From the NCBI GenBank assembly GCA_002269645.1, contig NIVC01000038.1, positions 1,302,001 through 1,366,000 on the forward strand: a stretch of 64,000 nt of DNA, written 5' to 3'. Made by a program: the position numbers and the translations under genes. Every line of letters begins with the position of its first letter. The stretch's first letter is position 1. This DNA comes from Macrostomum lignano. Lineage: Eukaryota. This document shows positions 51,805 to 62,139 of this stretch, piece by piece. Below the pieces are notes generated by a model that saw only the letters and a program-made list of their open reading frames with translations, ran no database searches and was not told the DNA's origin.

Positions 51805-51985
51805 ACATGACTGGACAGAACAGGACAGGACAGGACATGACAGGACAGGACAGGATATGACAGGACAGGACAGGGCAGGACAGCACAGCATAGGACAGCA
51901 TAGGAGAGCATAGGACAGCACAGCAAGGACAAGACAGCACAGCACAGCATAGGAGAGCACAGCACAGGACAGCTCAGGACAGCAC
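51805..51985. repeat. (GGACA)n/(AGCAC)n pentanucleotide microsatellite
   Basis: Directly visible. Confidence 0.85.
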
Positions 51986-52089
51986 ATTTCTTTGCCCGCC
52001 ATTCATGTTTTTCACGCCAAACTTTAAACCATCCACTTCTCAGTAGTCAAGCTTTGCGCTGTGACTTAAATGTATTGGCCCGTACTGTA

Positions 52090-52187
52090 CCAGACCAGTC
52101 TTCATCCGACTCAGACCAGTCTTCATCCGACTCAGACCAGTCTTCATCCGACTCAGACCAGTCTTCATCCGACTCAGACCAGTCTTC
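52090..52187. repeat. 21-bp repeat (AGACCAGTCTTCATCCGACTC), ~4.5 copies
   Basis: Directly visible. Confidence 0.85.
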
Positions 52188-52708
52188 TTCGCGCAACTCA
52201 GAGCAGCTCTTATTGGACTCAGACCTGTCTATTTTAGATTCAGGAAAAGCATGCAAAAACAGCTTTTGGTAGGACGCTGCGCCAGAGCATGTACTCGTAC
52301 ATGCATGTGCAAGGTGGACCTGAGACAGGCCTACAGGATAGGTAGTGTGGCATTCTTTGCTTTGCTTCCCTCGGATTTCCTTTCTTTCCAAGGACAACTT
52401 GGTATTGAGTAGTCCCTGTCTCTTTCTTGCGCTCAGAAAGTCTGTGGTATTGGTATATACTCGTAGTTATCGGTGCAAGTGTACCCAAGGGCACAAAAGT
52501 AAACAATAACAAAAATTTTTCTATTTCATTGCGCTTGTGACATTCACCCATATAGCTATATGTTGAACTTATGTGATGGCGGCAATCGGTCTATGGTCAT
52601 AATTGTGCACTTCTGGTACGAGCCATCCTGATTAAAATGCAAACATCGCAGTATTCGTACTCTTTCTATAACTAGACGCGCGTATACAGAAACTTCACAA
52701 AGTAAAGA

Positions 52709-55174
52709 ATGCAAGACCGACTCCGCACGGTGACCGGTGCCGCCCAGGAGGTGGCTGGCATCACGAGAACCCACGGCTTGCTGCACATCTTCCTGTCCAG
52801 AGGCACAGCTCGACGGCTCTTCTGGCTGCTTCTGTTCGTAGCTGCGCTGATCGGCTGCACCGTCCACCTGGCAAAGTTGGTGCAGAAGTTCACCGAGCAG
52901 TCCGTTGAGTCGCAGCTGAAGCTGGGGAGCGAACGAGCCCAGTTTCCCGACGTCACAATCTGCAACTTCAAGCCCGCTTCTGCTAGCTTAATAAGGTGGA
53001 ATATTTATCACGACTACCTGAATAAATCCTGGGGCAACTTCGACAACTGGTTCCAAGAGGACACCAAGAAGCGCCCGCAAGAATCGGATGAAAGCTACGA
53101 AGACCGACTTGAGACGGTGTGCAAGAAGCTCCTCGACGTGATGTGGGTGTCAGGCGACACCAGAGACATCTCCCACCTAGATAAGACCATGCTGCTGAGC
53201 TGCCGCTACAACAGCGAGCCGTGCAGTCACAGGAACTTCTCGCTTGTCCAGACCAGCCGGTTCTGGAGCTGCTATACGTTCCACCCGGACCCAGGGCAGT
53301 CGTCCAGCGGTTCTGGGGGCAGGGGAGCCGAGCTGGACATGGTGCTCTTCACCGATGGTTATGCCGAACCGTCTATCCATCATTATGAATTCCTAAATTC
53401 CGAATCTGTGGGAGTCTGCGTCAATCGAATAATTTTGGGTCAGGATGCGACGAACAGGTTGCTGAGAGGCAGTGATCCTCAGTCAGAAGGACTGCGACTT
53501 TTTATTCACGAGGCGCACAGCTACCCGATGAGCCGTACGTATCATTTCATTGAGGTCTTTTTGAGTTGTATTCATTTGAGAATTTACAGAAAAATAGTTC
53601 CATGATCACGGACACAAGAGAATCCATGTCAAACCGCAGAGACGGAGTTCGTGGACGTGGCCTCAGCCACCAGCACCTCCATCAAACTCAGGCCGATCCA
53701 CAACCGACTCAAGTCGACGCCGAGCCGCAGATGCTCCGAGCCTCCAATCGAAACCATCAACTATGTCAGGCACTTCTCCAACGCCTCGCTGAATGTGGTC
53801 ACCAAGGCCTACTCAAAGTCCGTCTCCGATTTCGTAGTCGAGGCACAGCAGAGCATCCTGCACAGCAACTGCGGCTGCTATTCGCACCTGCTCCCGTTCT
53901 CGGTGAATACGAGCGACCTGTGCTACTTCGCTCCACCGCAGGAGTGGATCACCCCATCGGATGCTGTGCTCAAGAGAATTGACTGCCATGATCACTGGTT
54001 TGAGCACGCACAGAGGCAAAGCGATGAGCTGGCGAAGGAGTTCCAGCACCGGATGTGGTGCCAATTCACTCAGCAACGGCCTTGGCAGCAGAGCCGCAGG
54101 TGGCCCCCGTTCAGCGCCATTCAAGAGATCTGGGAGAACCTGATGGTGCCGCAAGTCAGACATGGAGTCGAGTTCCTGCCCGAGGATGGCAAAGAGCATC
54201 ACATATTCAGGAATATGAATCAATCTCGACAATACAGCCAAATTTTACCATTTCTAAACGACGATGACTGCATGAGTTTCTTTTGCAATCACAGCCATAA
54301 GGATTACTATTATTGCGATACTTTACTGATTCAGCTGTATTTGAAGCAAGCGTCGGGTTGCATCGAGCGGTACACTTTGTCTCGCAGCCTGGCGTCAGTC
54401 AGCGTCAGCTTGCAGAGCCCGGCAGCTGACGTTTACAAAGAGAAGGCCGGCTACCACTGGACTGAAGCTCTGTCCGAGGTGAGACATTTCACACATATTG
54501 GCCTTAGAAATGCGGAGAGTGTTGCCACCTGTCAACATTGCAGTCGAAGTATATATACAGTTGTCTGATCGAGAGATTCATCCAGCTAACGAAAGTCCGT
54601 TCAAAGCGGACTAAAAACATTCTGTAAGTCCTGTTTTAACATTTGATATATGGCACTTTTGAGCAGCATTCTTTTTTTAAGTGATTTGAGATATTTGGTC
54701 TAAAATGTCTCAAGGTTAGAATTCCGTAGTGTTAAATAATACTTTAATAACTAAAATATATTAACCAAGGACAATTAAAGCAACGTAATATACAGGACTT
54801 GACACTCGAAATCTATGGAAAATGTTTTGAAGGCCACTTTTCGCCGAAAATGCACTACCGGAGGTAACAAGTTTTCATTTTTCAGCACAAAAACTGTTAT
54901 TGCTTTCGATAGGAGGCAAATCCACTGTTCATATTTTGATATGATGTGCCTTTCTTATTGCTTTATTGATATTCATAAAGCTTTTCGTTCCGAAAATTAA
55001 GATTCAATGTTAATTTTTGATTCTACGGACATTCCGAAGGTCGGAGGAACTCTGGGGCTCTGGCTGGGAATCAGCGTTGTCAGCACCTTCGAGCTGCTCG
55101 AGTTTTTCTACATTCTGGCGCAGCGATGTCGCGGCGGAACCACCGGCTCGGAGTCCGAGGGGTCTCCAGACTGA
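52709..55174 (+). CDS. DEG/ENaC family sodium channel (FaNaC-like), paralog 3, intact, ~599 aa
   Basis: Exons 52709-53534, 53640-54478 and 55040-55174. Same exon structure and motifs as paralogs 1 and 2. Confidence 0.93.
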
Positions 55175-56162
55175 AGCAAAAATTGTCCGTTTCTATGGCA
55201 ACTGTGAAGCCACTCAAACTTTTGCTGGTGACCAATGTTTAAACATTTAAAACGGTCACCAATCTCAGAACCATTTCATTTGTTTGAAAGCTTGCCTTTG
55301 AAAAAGTTTAGCAAGCCTTCGATAGCAGAGATGCATACAAAAGAAATCTGTGTTTGAGTTTTTAGTCTGTCTATTCGAAGACTTCGATGCCTACGAAGTT
55401 TTGATGATTTATTTTATTTTCAGTATTTTTTTGCTTGAATATATTCTTTTTTGCTTGTATCTTTTTTCAGTTGAAATTGTCTAAAAACACAACAATTCAT
55501 TTTAACAAAGTCGGCATTCATTGTTACCAAAAACTAGAAGGATGTTTTACACTTGGCCACTTGTTTAAAACCAGAGAATTATAACAAAATTGAATGATAT
55601 GACAGACAGATAACAGACGGACACGCGAGTATAGATACTCCTACATGTAGTTTTCAACAGTTATTTTCTGGTTGAGTAGCCACTTGTATAAATAGCTTGT
55701 CCTGTCCGAATTACCCAAAAAGCAAGGGACAAAAACTATTCACGTGAATCCTACTTGCCTTGCCATCTCAGCAATTCTCCACAAGCGTTGATATCTCAAA
55801 CCCCCCTGTAAGTCTTGACATCTCAGCAATTCCCCTAGCAAGCAGCCCTCAAAAAGCAAGCACCGCCTAGATTAGCATTGTAAAACGAGCGAGGTTTGAG
55901 ATTGCGAGAAAACCGACTTGGCGCTCAGGCCTGACAATCGATATATTTTATAAGCCGAAGATTGAGGTGGGGTTTGGGTGTTGCACACACACGGGCGCAG
56001 CCGCACGTTGCAAACAACCACCCCCAAACGCAAGCACGTACAAATAGGACTACAAACAACATTAGAATATTTAGGTGCATAGAATGCTCACACCACTTCC
56101 CCCCCCGGGTTTAAAAGACGCAACACAATGTCTATGGCAAAAGTTCACAGAAAATTAAGCAT

Positions 56163-59100
56163 TCACATTGGGCGATAAAAATCAGGAGGTCTTCGCTCTC
56201 TGGCCGACCGTCTCGGCAGCTGAGCCTCTTGCTGATTGGTCTCGGTCGCTGTCTCATCCGGTCCGCCGTTACCGTCGAACAGCTGCACCCAGGCATCAGG
56301 CGCCTGGAGCTGAGGGTCCACCAGTCCGTCAGCAGTCTCGTCTGCGGTAGCCTGCAGGTCGTCGCCGGGCCGTAAGGAGTTGCGCCGTTCCACAAATGGT
56401 TTGAGCCGGTCGTGGTGCACCACCTGCCTGCGTCGCATCCGCACGCCGGGACCCGAGGCCGGCCGCACTCGGTAGTTGACCTCGCCGAGCCTCTTCAGGA
56501 TGATGTACGGCCCGGTCCAGCGGTTACTGAGGCTTTTTGATCTGCCAGGTTTCACCACCTTGCAGCTCAGCATCACCAAGTCGCCCTCTTTGTACGGCCG
56601 GAACCGAGTCTCCATGTTGTACCGCTCGTTGCGCTCGGTCTGCGACGCCTGCAGCTGCTGATGGACACGCGCCCGGCTGTCCAGCAGGCGCCTCTGAGTT
56701 GCCTCTGCAAAGTCCAGCGCATCAGTGAAACCATCCGATGCTTTGGGCAGCTTGGAGTCGATTGGCAGCCTTGGTGGCCATCCGTGCAGCGTCTGGTACG
56801 GCGACAGGCCCGTGGTCGAATGCACCGAGCTGTTGAAGGCCCATGTGACGAAGGCAAGTTGGAGGTCCCAGTCGTCCTGATCCTCTGCCACAACCGTCGC
56901 TAGCATGTCACCAAGGGTTCGGTTTCCGCGCTCAACCAGGCCGTTGCCGCTGGGATGGAAAGGCGAAGTGCGGCTTTTCTGCATGCCGAGCCGCTGGCAC
57001 AGGGACTGGAACAGATGGCTTTCGAATTGACGCCCTTGGTCGCTGTGGATAGCGTCTGGGACGCCGTGCCGAAGCGCTACCTGCCTGACCAGAGCGTCGG
57101 CCACCCGCTCAGCCTCGATGCTTGGTAGAGCGCAGGTCTCCATCCACTTTGAGAAGCAGTCACAGATGCTCAGCACGTAACTGTTGCCTCGTGGTGTCCT
57201 TAGCAGCGGACCCTTGATATCGATCTGGACCATCTCCCATGGCCTCGACGGCAGTGGAGTCGCTTGCAGTGGGGCTCACTGCGGCCGACTGCTGTTCTTC
57301 CGCTGAAGACAAGCGGCGCAGCTGGCGACCCAGTTCTTGACGTCGTTGTGCATGCCCGGCCACCAGCAGCGGTCGGCGAGCTTGTCCAGCGTTCGGTCTG
57401 TGCCGAGGTGACCGCTGCAGGCGGCGTCGTGCGCGTCAGCCAGGAACTGCGCACGCAGGTGACTGGGCACCACCGGTTTGCCCTGCCGGACCAGCTCACC
57501 GTGTTGCCCGATCTGGATGTCGCCATTTGCTAGAAATTCTTCGACTCGCTGCCGACAGCCTTTGGACAGGTGGACGAAGCCGTCACTGATCGCCTTGAAG
57601 ACATTCTGCAGAAGGCTGTCTCGGAGCTGCTCTGCCAGGAAGTCATCGCGATTTGCAAGTTGAGTGACAGCCGTCCGACTGAGCACGTCTGGCACCACGT
57701 TCTCCCGCCCTGGCCGATAGCAGAGCGCAAAATTGAACTGCTGGATGGTGTCGAGCCAACGTGCCAGCCGACCCTCTGGCTCCTTGGTCTGCAGCAGGCC
57801 CTTGCTGAGCGGCTGGTGATCGGTAAACACAGTGAAGTCTTTCACGTTGCACAGGTAGGCTCTGAAGTGCTTGAGACTCCAAACCAAGGCGAGCAGTTCC
57901 CTGTCAGTGGTCGAGTAATTTCGTTCCGCCTTGTTGAGGGTCCTGGAGGCAAATGCCACTGGCAGCTCCGCGTCTCCGTAACGCTGGCAGAGAACCGCAC
58001 CCACTGCGAAGGCGCTGGCGTCGCAGCTCAGGACAAATGGTCGGCGGAAGTCCGGCAGGCGAAGCACAGGTGCTCGCCCAAGTTGCTCCTTGAGTGTCTG
58101 GAAGGCCGTCTCGCACTCGTCTGTCCAGGTGAAGCCCGTCTTCTGTGTTGCGGCATGCAGTGGTGCCGCTGTCTTGCTGAAGTCCCTGATGAATCTGCGA
58201 TAGAAGCACAACATGCCGATGAATCGTCGCACCTCCTCGCCAGAACTTGGTGACTGAATCTTGGCCAGGGCCTCCACTTTGTCCGGATCCGGCTGAATTC
58301 CTTCCCGGCTGACGATGTGGCCCAGGTACTTCACGCTCCTGTGAGCAAACACCGACTTGTCCTTGTTGAGCTTCAGTCCCGCAGCTCGCAGCCGGTCGAA
58401 AACTTTGCGCAGGCTGGCCAGATGCTCTTCGAAGCTCCGACTGAACACGATCAAGTCGTCCACGTAGACTAGCATCTCCTCCCAGGTCAGGCCGGACATA
58501 ACGAGCTCCATTAGCCTCTGGAAGGTCGCAGGAGAGTTGCACATACCGAAGCCCATCTTCTTAAACTGCATAAGGCCTCGTTTGGAATAGAAAGCAGTCT
58601 TGTAGCGGTCTGCCTCGTCGACCACGACCTGGTTGAACCCCTGCTTTCAGTCGATGGTGGTAAACCAAGAGCAGCCCGCCAGAGCATCCATCGATTGTTG
58701 CACGTGCGGCAGGGGGTAGGCGTCCTTAATGGTCACAGCGTTCAACTGACGCCAGTCGGTGCATAGGCGGATGTCGCCGCTCTTTTTCCGGACGACGATA
58801 AGATTGCTGGCCCAGGGCGAGTTGGACGGCTCAATGATGTCGTGCTCCAGCATCTGGCCAATTTTCTGGTCGACCTGGTCACGAACCGGCAGCGGAATCG
58901 GTCGCTGGCGCTGCTTGTAGGGCTGCGTGCCGGGCTGCAGCTCGATACGATGTTTCAGCAGCGCGGTGAAGCCGAGGTCGTACTCGTGAGTGCTGAACAG
59001 GTCACCGTTCGCCTTGAGTAGTGCCAGTAGTCTCTGCCTGTCAGCCGCATCCAAGTCAGGGTTGACATCCCAGCAGTCCGACTGCTTGACTGTGCCAGCG

Positions 59101-59831
59101 CTGTTCTTGATCAGGTCGGCAGCTTCAAAAGAGCCGACGGCCTTGTTGGCGTAGAGTAGCACCTCCTCGAAGCCTAAATTGCACACCCGGACTGGAATCT
59201 TCTGATCAGCTGAAACGGTCAAAACTCTCGAGACAAGCAAACCAGTCGCTTGGGTAAAGTTGGCGTCGGGCTCGAAGATGCCTTGCTCGTCTTCCGACTT
59301 GACGCGGAGCCACACCAGCTTTTCGCTTCGTGCTGGAACACTTGTTTTGCTTTCCACTCGAGCAACGAGGGTGCCGGTCACCATTCGGACGCTTGAGCTG
59401 CTGTTGAAGAACGGGACTTTCTCTCCGTTGAGGCATACGGTCCTACCAACGATGTCGATCTGAAGCTCTTGGGTGGTTCGGGTGATGAAGTCCATGCCGA
59501 GGATGAGATCCAGACTGATGTTCTCCACCACGTTGAGCTCATGGACAACCTTGACTGACTGGCCGACTTGAATTGTGGCTCGGGCAATCCCGATGCAACT
59601 CAGGCGGCCACCATCGACCGAAGTCGGGCAGCAGCTTCCACCGGGCTCGATCTGAAGGCCGCAGACTTGCGCGAGGCTGCGGCTGATCAAGGATGTCTGT
59701 GCGCCAGTGTCGAGCAGGAAACTGACCTCCTTGCCTTGCAGAAGCGCACGCACGAAGATTGAGAGTGCAGATTGGGCACTTGATTGACGGGTTGGAGCTG
59801 GCCCTTTGCTGCCAACCCTCAGAAGTTTCCC
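56163..59831 (-). pseudogene. pol: Gypsy pol (protease, RT, RNase H, integrase) with two in-frame TGA stops
   Basis: Motifs: LLDTGA, YVDD, DASAFAVG, H..GH..C..C, D-D-E core, GPY. Entered by a -1 shift at G_GGA_AAC (59831-59825). Stops at 58649-58647 (ID*KQG) and 57278-57276 (PQ*APLQ) leave the frame unchanged. Confidence 0.92.
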
Positions 59832-60655
59832 GACGGCCGAGCCTTTGACGGACAGACAGCCGCGCCGTGGCCCCAGCCGGAGCAGTTGAAGCAGCGACCT
59901 TGGCCCTGAGATCCGCCAGCAGGGCACCGGCGGGCGATGTGGCCTTCCTTACCGCACCGAAAGCAGCCTGATGACCGCTGCTGCTGATCTCTCGGCCTGC
60001 CGCCACCGCGTCCTCTCGCGCTGCCGCCCCTCGTCACCGCAGCCGTCAGGGTCTCCAGCTGCTGCTCCAGCCGTGCCAGTCGATCGTCAACCATCGCCAC
60101 TGCGGGCGAGTTTCCTGGTTTGCATTTGCTCGCGATTTGCTCCAGCCTCGTGGCCCGCTCGACCAGCTCCTCCAGCGTGCAGGAGTCCAGGTCCCTGTCC
60201 TTGAGCAGGGTGTCGCGTATGTCCGCAGTCATCAGCTGAATTATTCGAAATTTCACCTCACGATCTCGCAGCGCCGAGGAGTCATCAGGCCGTGCTGTCA
60301 TGTACAGCAGCCTCAAGGAGTACGAAAGCTCTCGCAGGGTCTCTGCGCTGTTTCTCCATCGATCTTGGAACTCTTCCATGGCGCGATGCTGGCTGGCTGC
60401 TCCGCCGAACTGCTTTTGTAGCACCTCTTTTATCTTTTTGTAGCTTTTCCTATCAGCCTCCGGCAGATCCCAAACGCATATCTGAGCTTCACCATGCAGC
60501 AGGAGCTTCAGCTTCGAAGCAGATTGTGCGTCGTCCCAGCCTTTGTCCTCTACAAAGTCTTCGAAGACACTGAGCCGTTTGTGCATGTTTGACTGGCCGG
60601 AGAATTTCGGCGGTAGCAAAGCAGCATTATTTTCACTTGTGTGAGTTGAGTCCAT
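59819..60655 (-). CDS. gag: Gypsy gag with two CCHC zinc knuckles
   Basis: ATG at 60655, just after the PBS. Knuckles CFRCGKEGHIARRC and CFNCSGWGHGAAVC. Confidence 0.9.
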   Translation of the reverse strand: MDSTHTSENNAALLPPKFSGQSNMHKRLSVFEDFVEDKGWDDAQSASKLKLLLHGEAQICVWDLPEADRKSYKKIKEVLQKQFGGAASQHRAMEEFQDRWRNSAETLRELSYSLRLLYMTARPDDSSALRDREVKFRIIQLMTADIRDTLLKDRDLDSCTLEELVERATRLEQIASKCKPGNSPAVAMVDDRLARLEQQLETLTAAVTRGGSARGRGGGRPRDQQQRSSGCFRCGKEGHIARRCPAGGSQGQGRCFNCSGWGHGAAVCPSKARPSGNF

Positions 60656-60897
60656 CGCTGCCACCAGTGTAAAACAAACGAGGTTTGAGATTGCGAGAAA
60701 ACCGACTTGGCGCTCAGGCCTGACAATCGATATATTTTATAAGCCGAAGATTGAGGTGGGGTTTGGGTGTTGCACACACACGGGCGCAGCCGCACGTTGC
60801 AAACAACCACCCCCCCCAAACGCAAGCACGTACAAATAGGACTACAAACAACATTAGAATACATGTATTTAGGTGCATAGAATGCTCACAGCATGTA

Positions 60898-61525
60898 GCT
60901 AGTGCAACAATTTCCTCATCTAGTGCAATAATCCATGTCTCAGCTAGTGAAATAAGCCATGTCTTATCTAGTGCATTTATCCATGTCTCAGCTAGTGCAA
61001 TAATCCATGTCTTATCTAGTGCAATAATCCATGTCTCAGCTAGTGCAATAATCCATGTCTCAGCTAGTGCAATAATCCATGTCTCAGCTAGTGCAATAAT
61101 CCATGTCTTATCTAGTGCAATAATTCATGTCTCAGCTAGTGCAATAATCCATGTCTCAGCTAGTGCAATAATCCATGTCTTATCTAGTGCAATAATCCAT
61201 GTCTTATCTAGTGCAATAATCCATGTCTTATCTAGTGCAATAATGCAATGCATGTCTCAGCTAGTGCAATAATCCATGTCTTATCTAGTGCAATAATGCA
61301 ATGCATGTCTCAGCTAGTGCAATAATCCATGTCTTATCTAGTGCAATAATGCAATGCATGTCTCAGCTAGTGCAATAATCCATGTCTTATCTAGTGCAAT
61401 AATCCATGTCTTATCTAGTGCAATAATTCATGTCTTATCTAGTGCAATAATCCATGTCTTATCTAGTGCAATAATCCATGTCTTATCTATTGCAATAATT
61501 CATGTCTTATCTAGTGCAATAATCC
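60898..61525. repeat. 24-bp minisatellite (CTTATCTAGTGCAATAATCCATGT)
   Basis: Directly visible; 20/24 identical to one half of the H1 48-mer. Confidence 0.9.
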
Positions 61526-61563
61526 TGTTGTGATCCCATGTATTGGCATGTACTGTACGTTAG

Positions 61564-61613
<50 letters not shown>

Positions 61614-62139
61614 CGTGCCCTCTCATTGGCTGTCTCTCCCCTGTCATCTGTCACCCCTAGTTTTCTAACCCCATTGGGTGTCAGCGTGGCACCAATCCCC
61701 TCTCTCCCTCAGCTACATCCCGCCGTTTCTCTTACCCTGCAACTTTAACTCCACCCCATTTTGTGCTGACTTGTATTTAGTGGCGTGCGCGCCGTCCTCC
61801 CGTCTCCCGCTGACCGTTACGTCTTTGCTTCTCTTCTTCCTATCCCCTCCGCTCCTGCCACTTGGGTAGCTTTGGAGCCCTCTTGTTGTAGCTTTGATGC
61901 CATCGATTTCGGTACCCCAACTCAGAGCCACGCTCCTGTCTGCGCCAAGATTCTTTGTCGACCAAGACTTATTATACGAGCATGCAATCGAATTGAATGC
62001 GAGCGAAAATATTTATTTAATGAAGCAATTTAAACATGCTGCAAAGACGGAGATGCTTGAAACAAAAAAATCAAGGATATTCACCAAAACAGACGATTTG
62101 AAAAATAACTGTTATTTGACGCACTGGCTTCATCAATGC

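Larger units (their letters stand above)
55879..60890 (-). mobile_element. Full-length Ty3/Gypsy LTR retrotransposon
   Basis: LTRs at 55879-56092 and 60668-60890 (TG...CA). 4-bp TSD GCAT. PBS TGGTGGCAGCG next to the 5' LTR (complementary to a tRNA-Leu-type 3' end). PPT at 56093-56109. Domain order gag-PR-RT-RH-IN. Confidence 0.97.

Noticed and set aside
52047-52397. Acidic DWSESDE-repeat ORF
   Set aside because: Explained by a 21-bp repeat; no credible start or splice context.
43062-58649. Selenocysteine or alternative-code reading of the three in-frame TGAs
   Set aside because: TGA ends normal genes here (ankyrin, channels, phosphatase, gag). The positions correspond to Arg/Leu, and two fit simple CGA>TGA changes.
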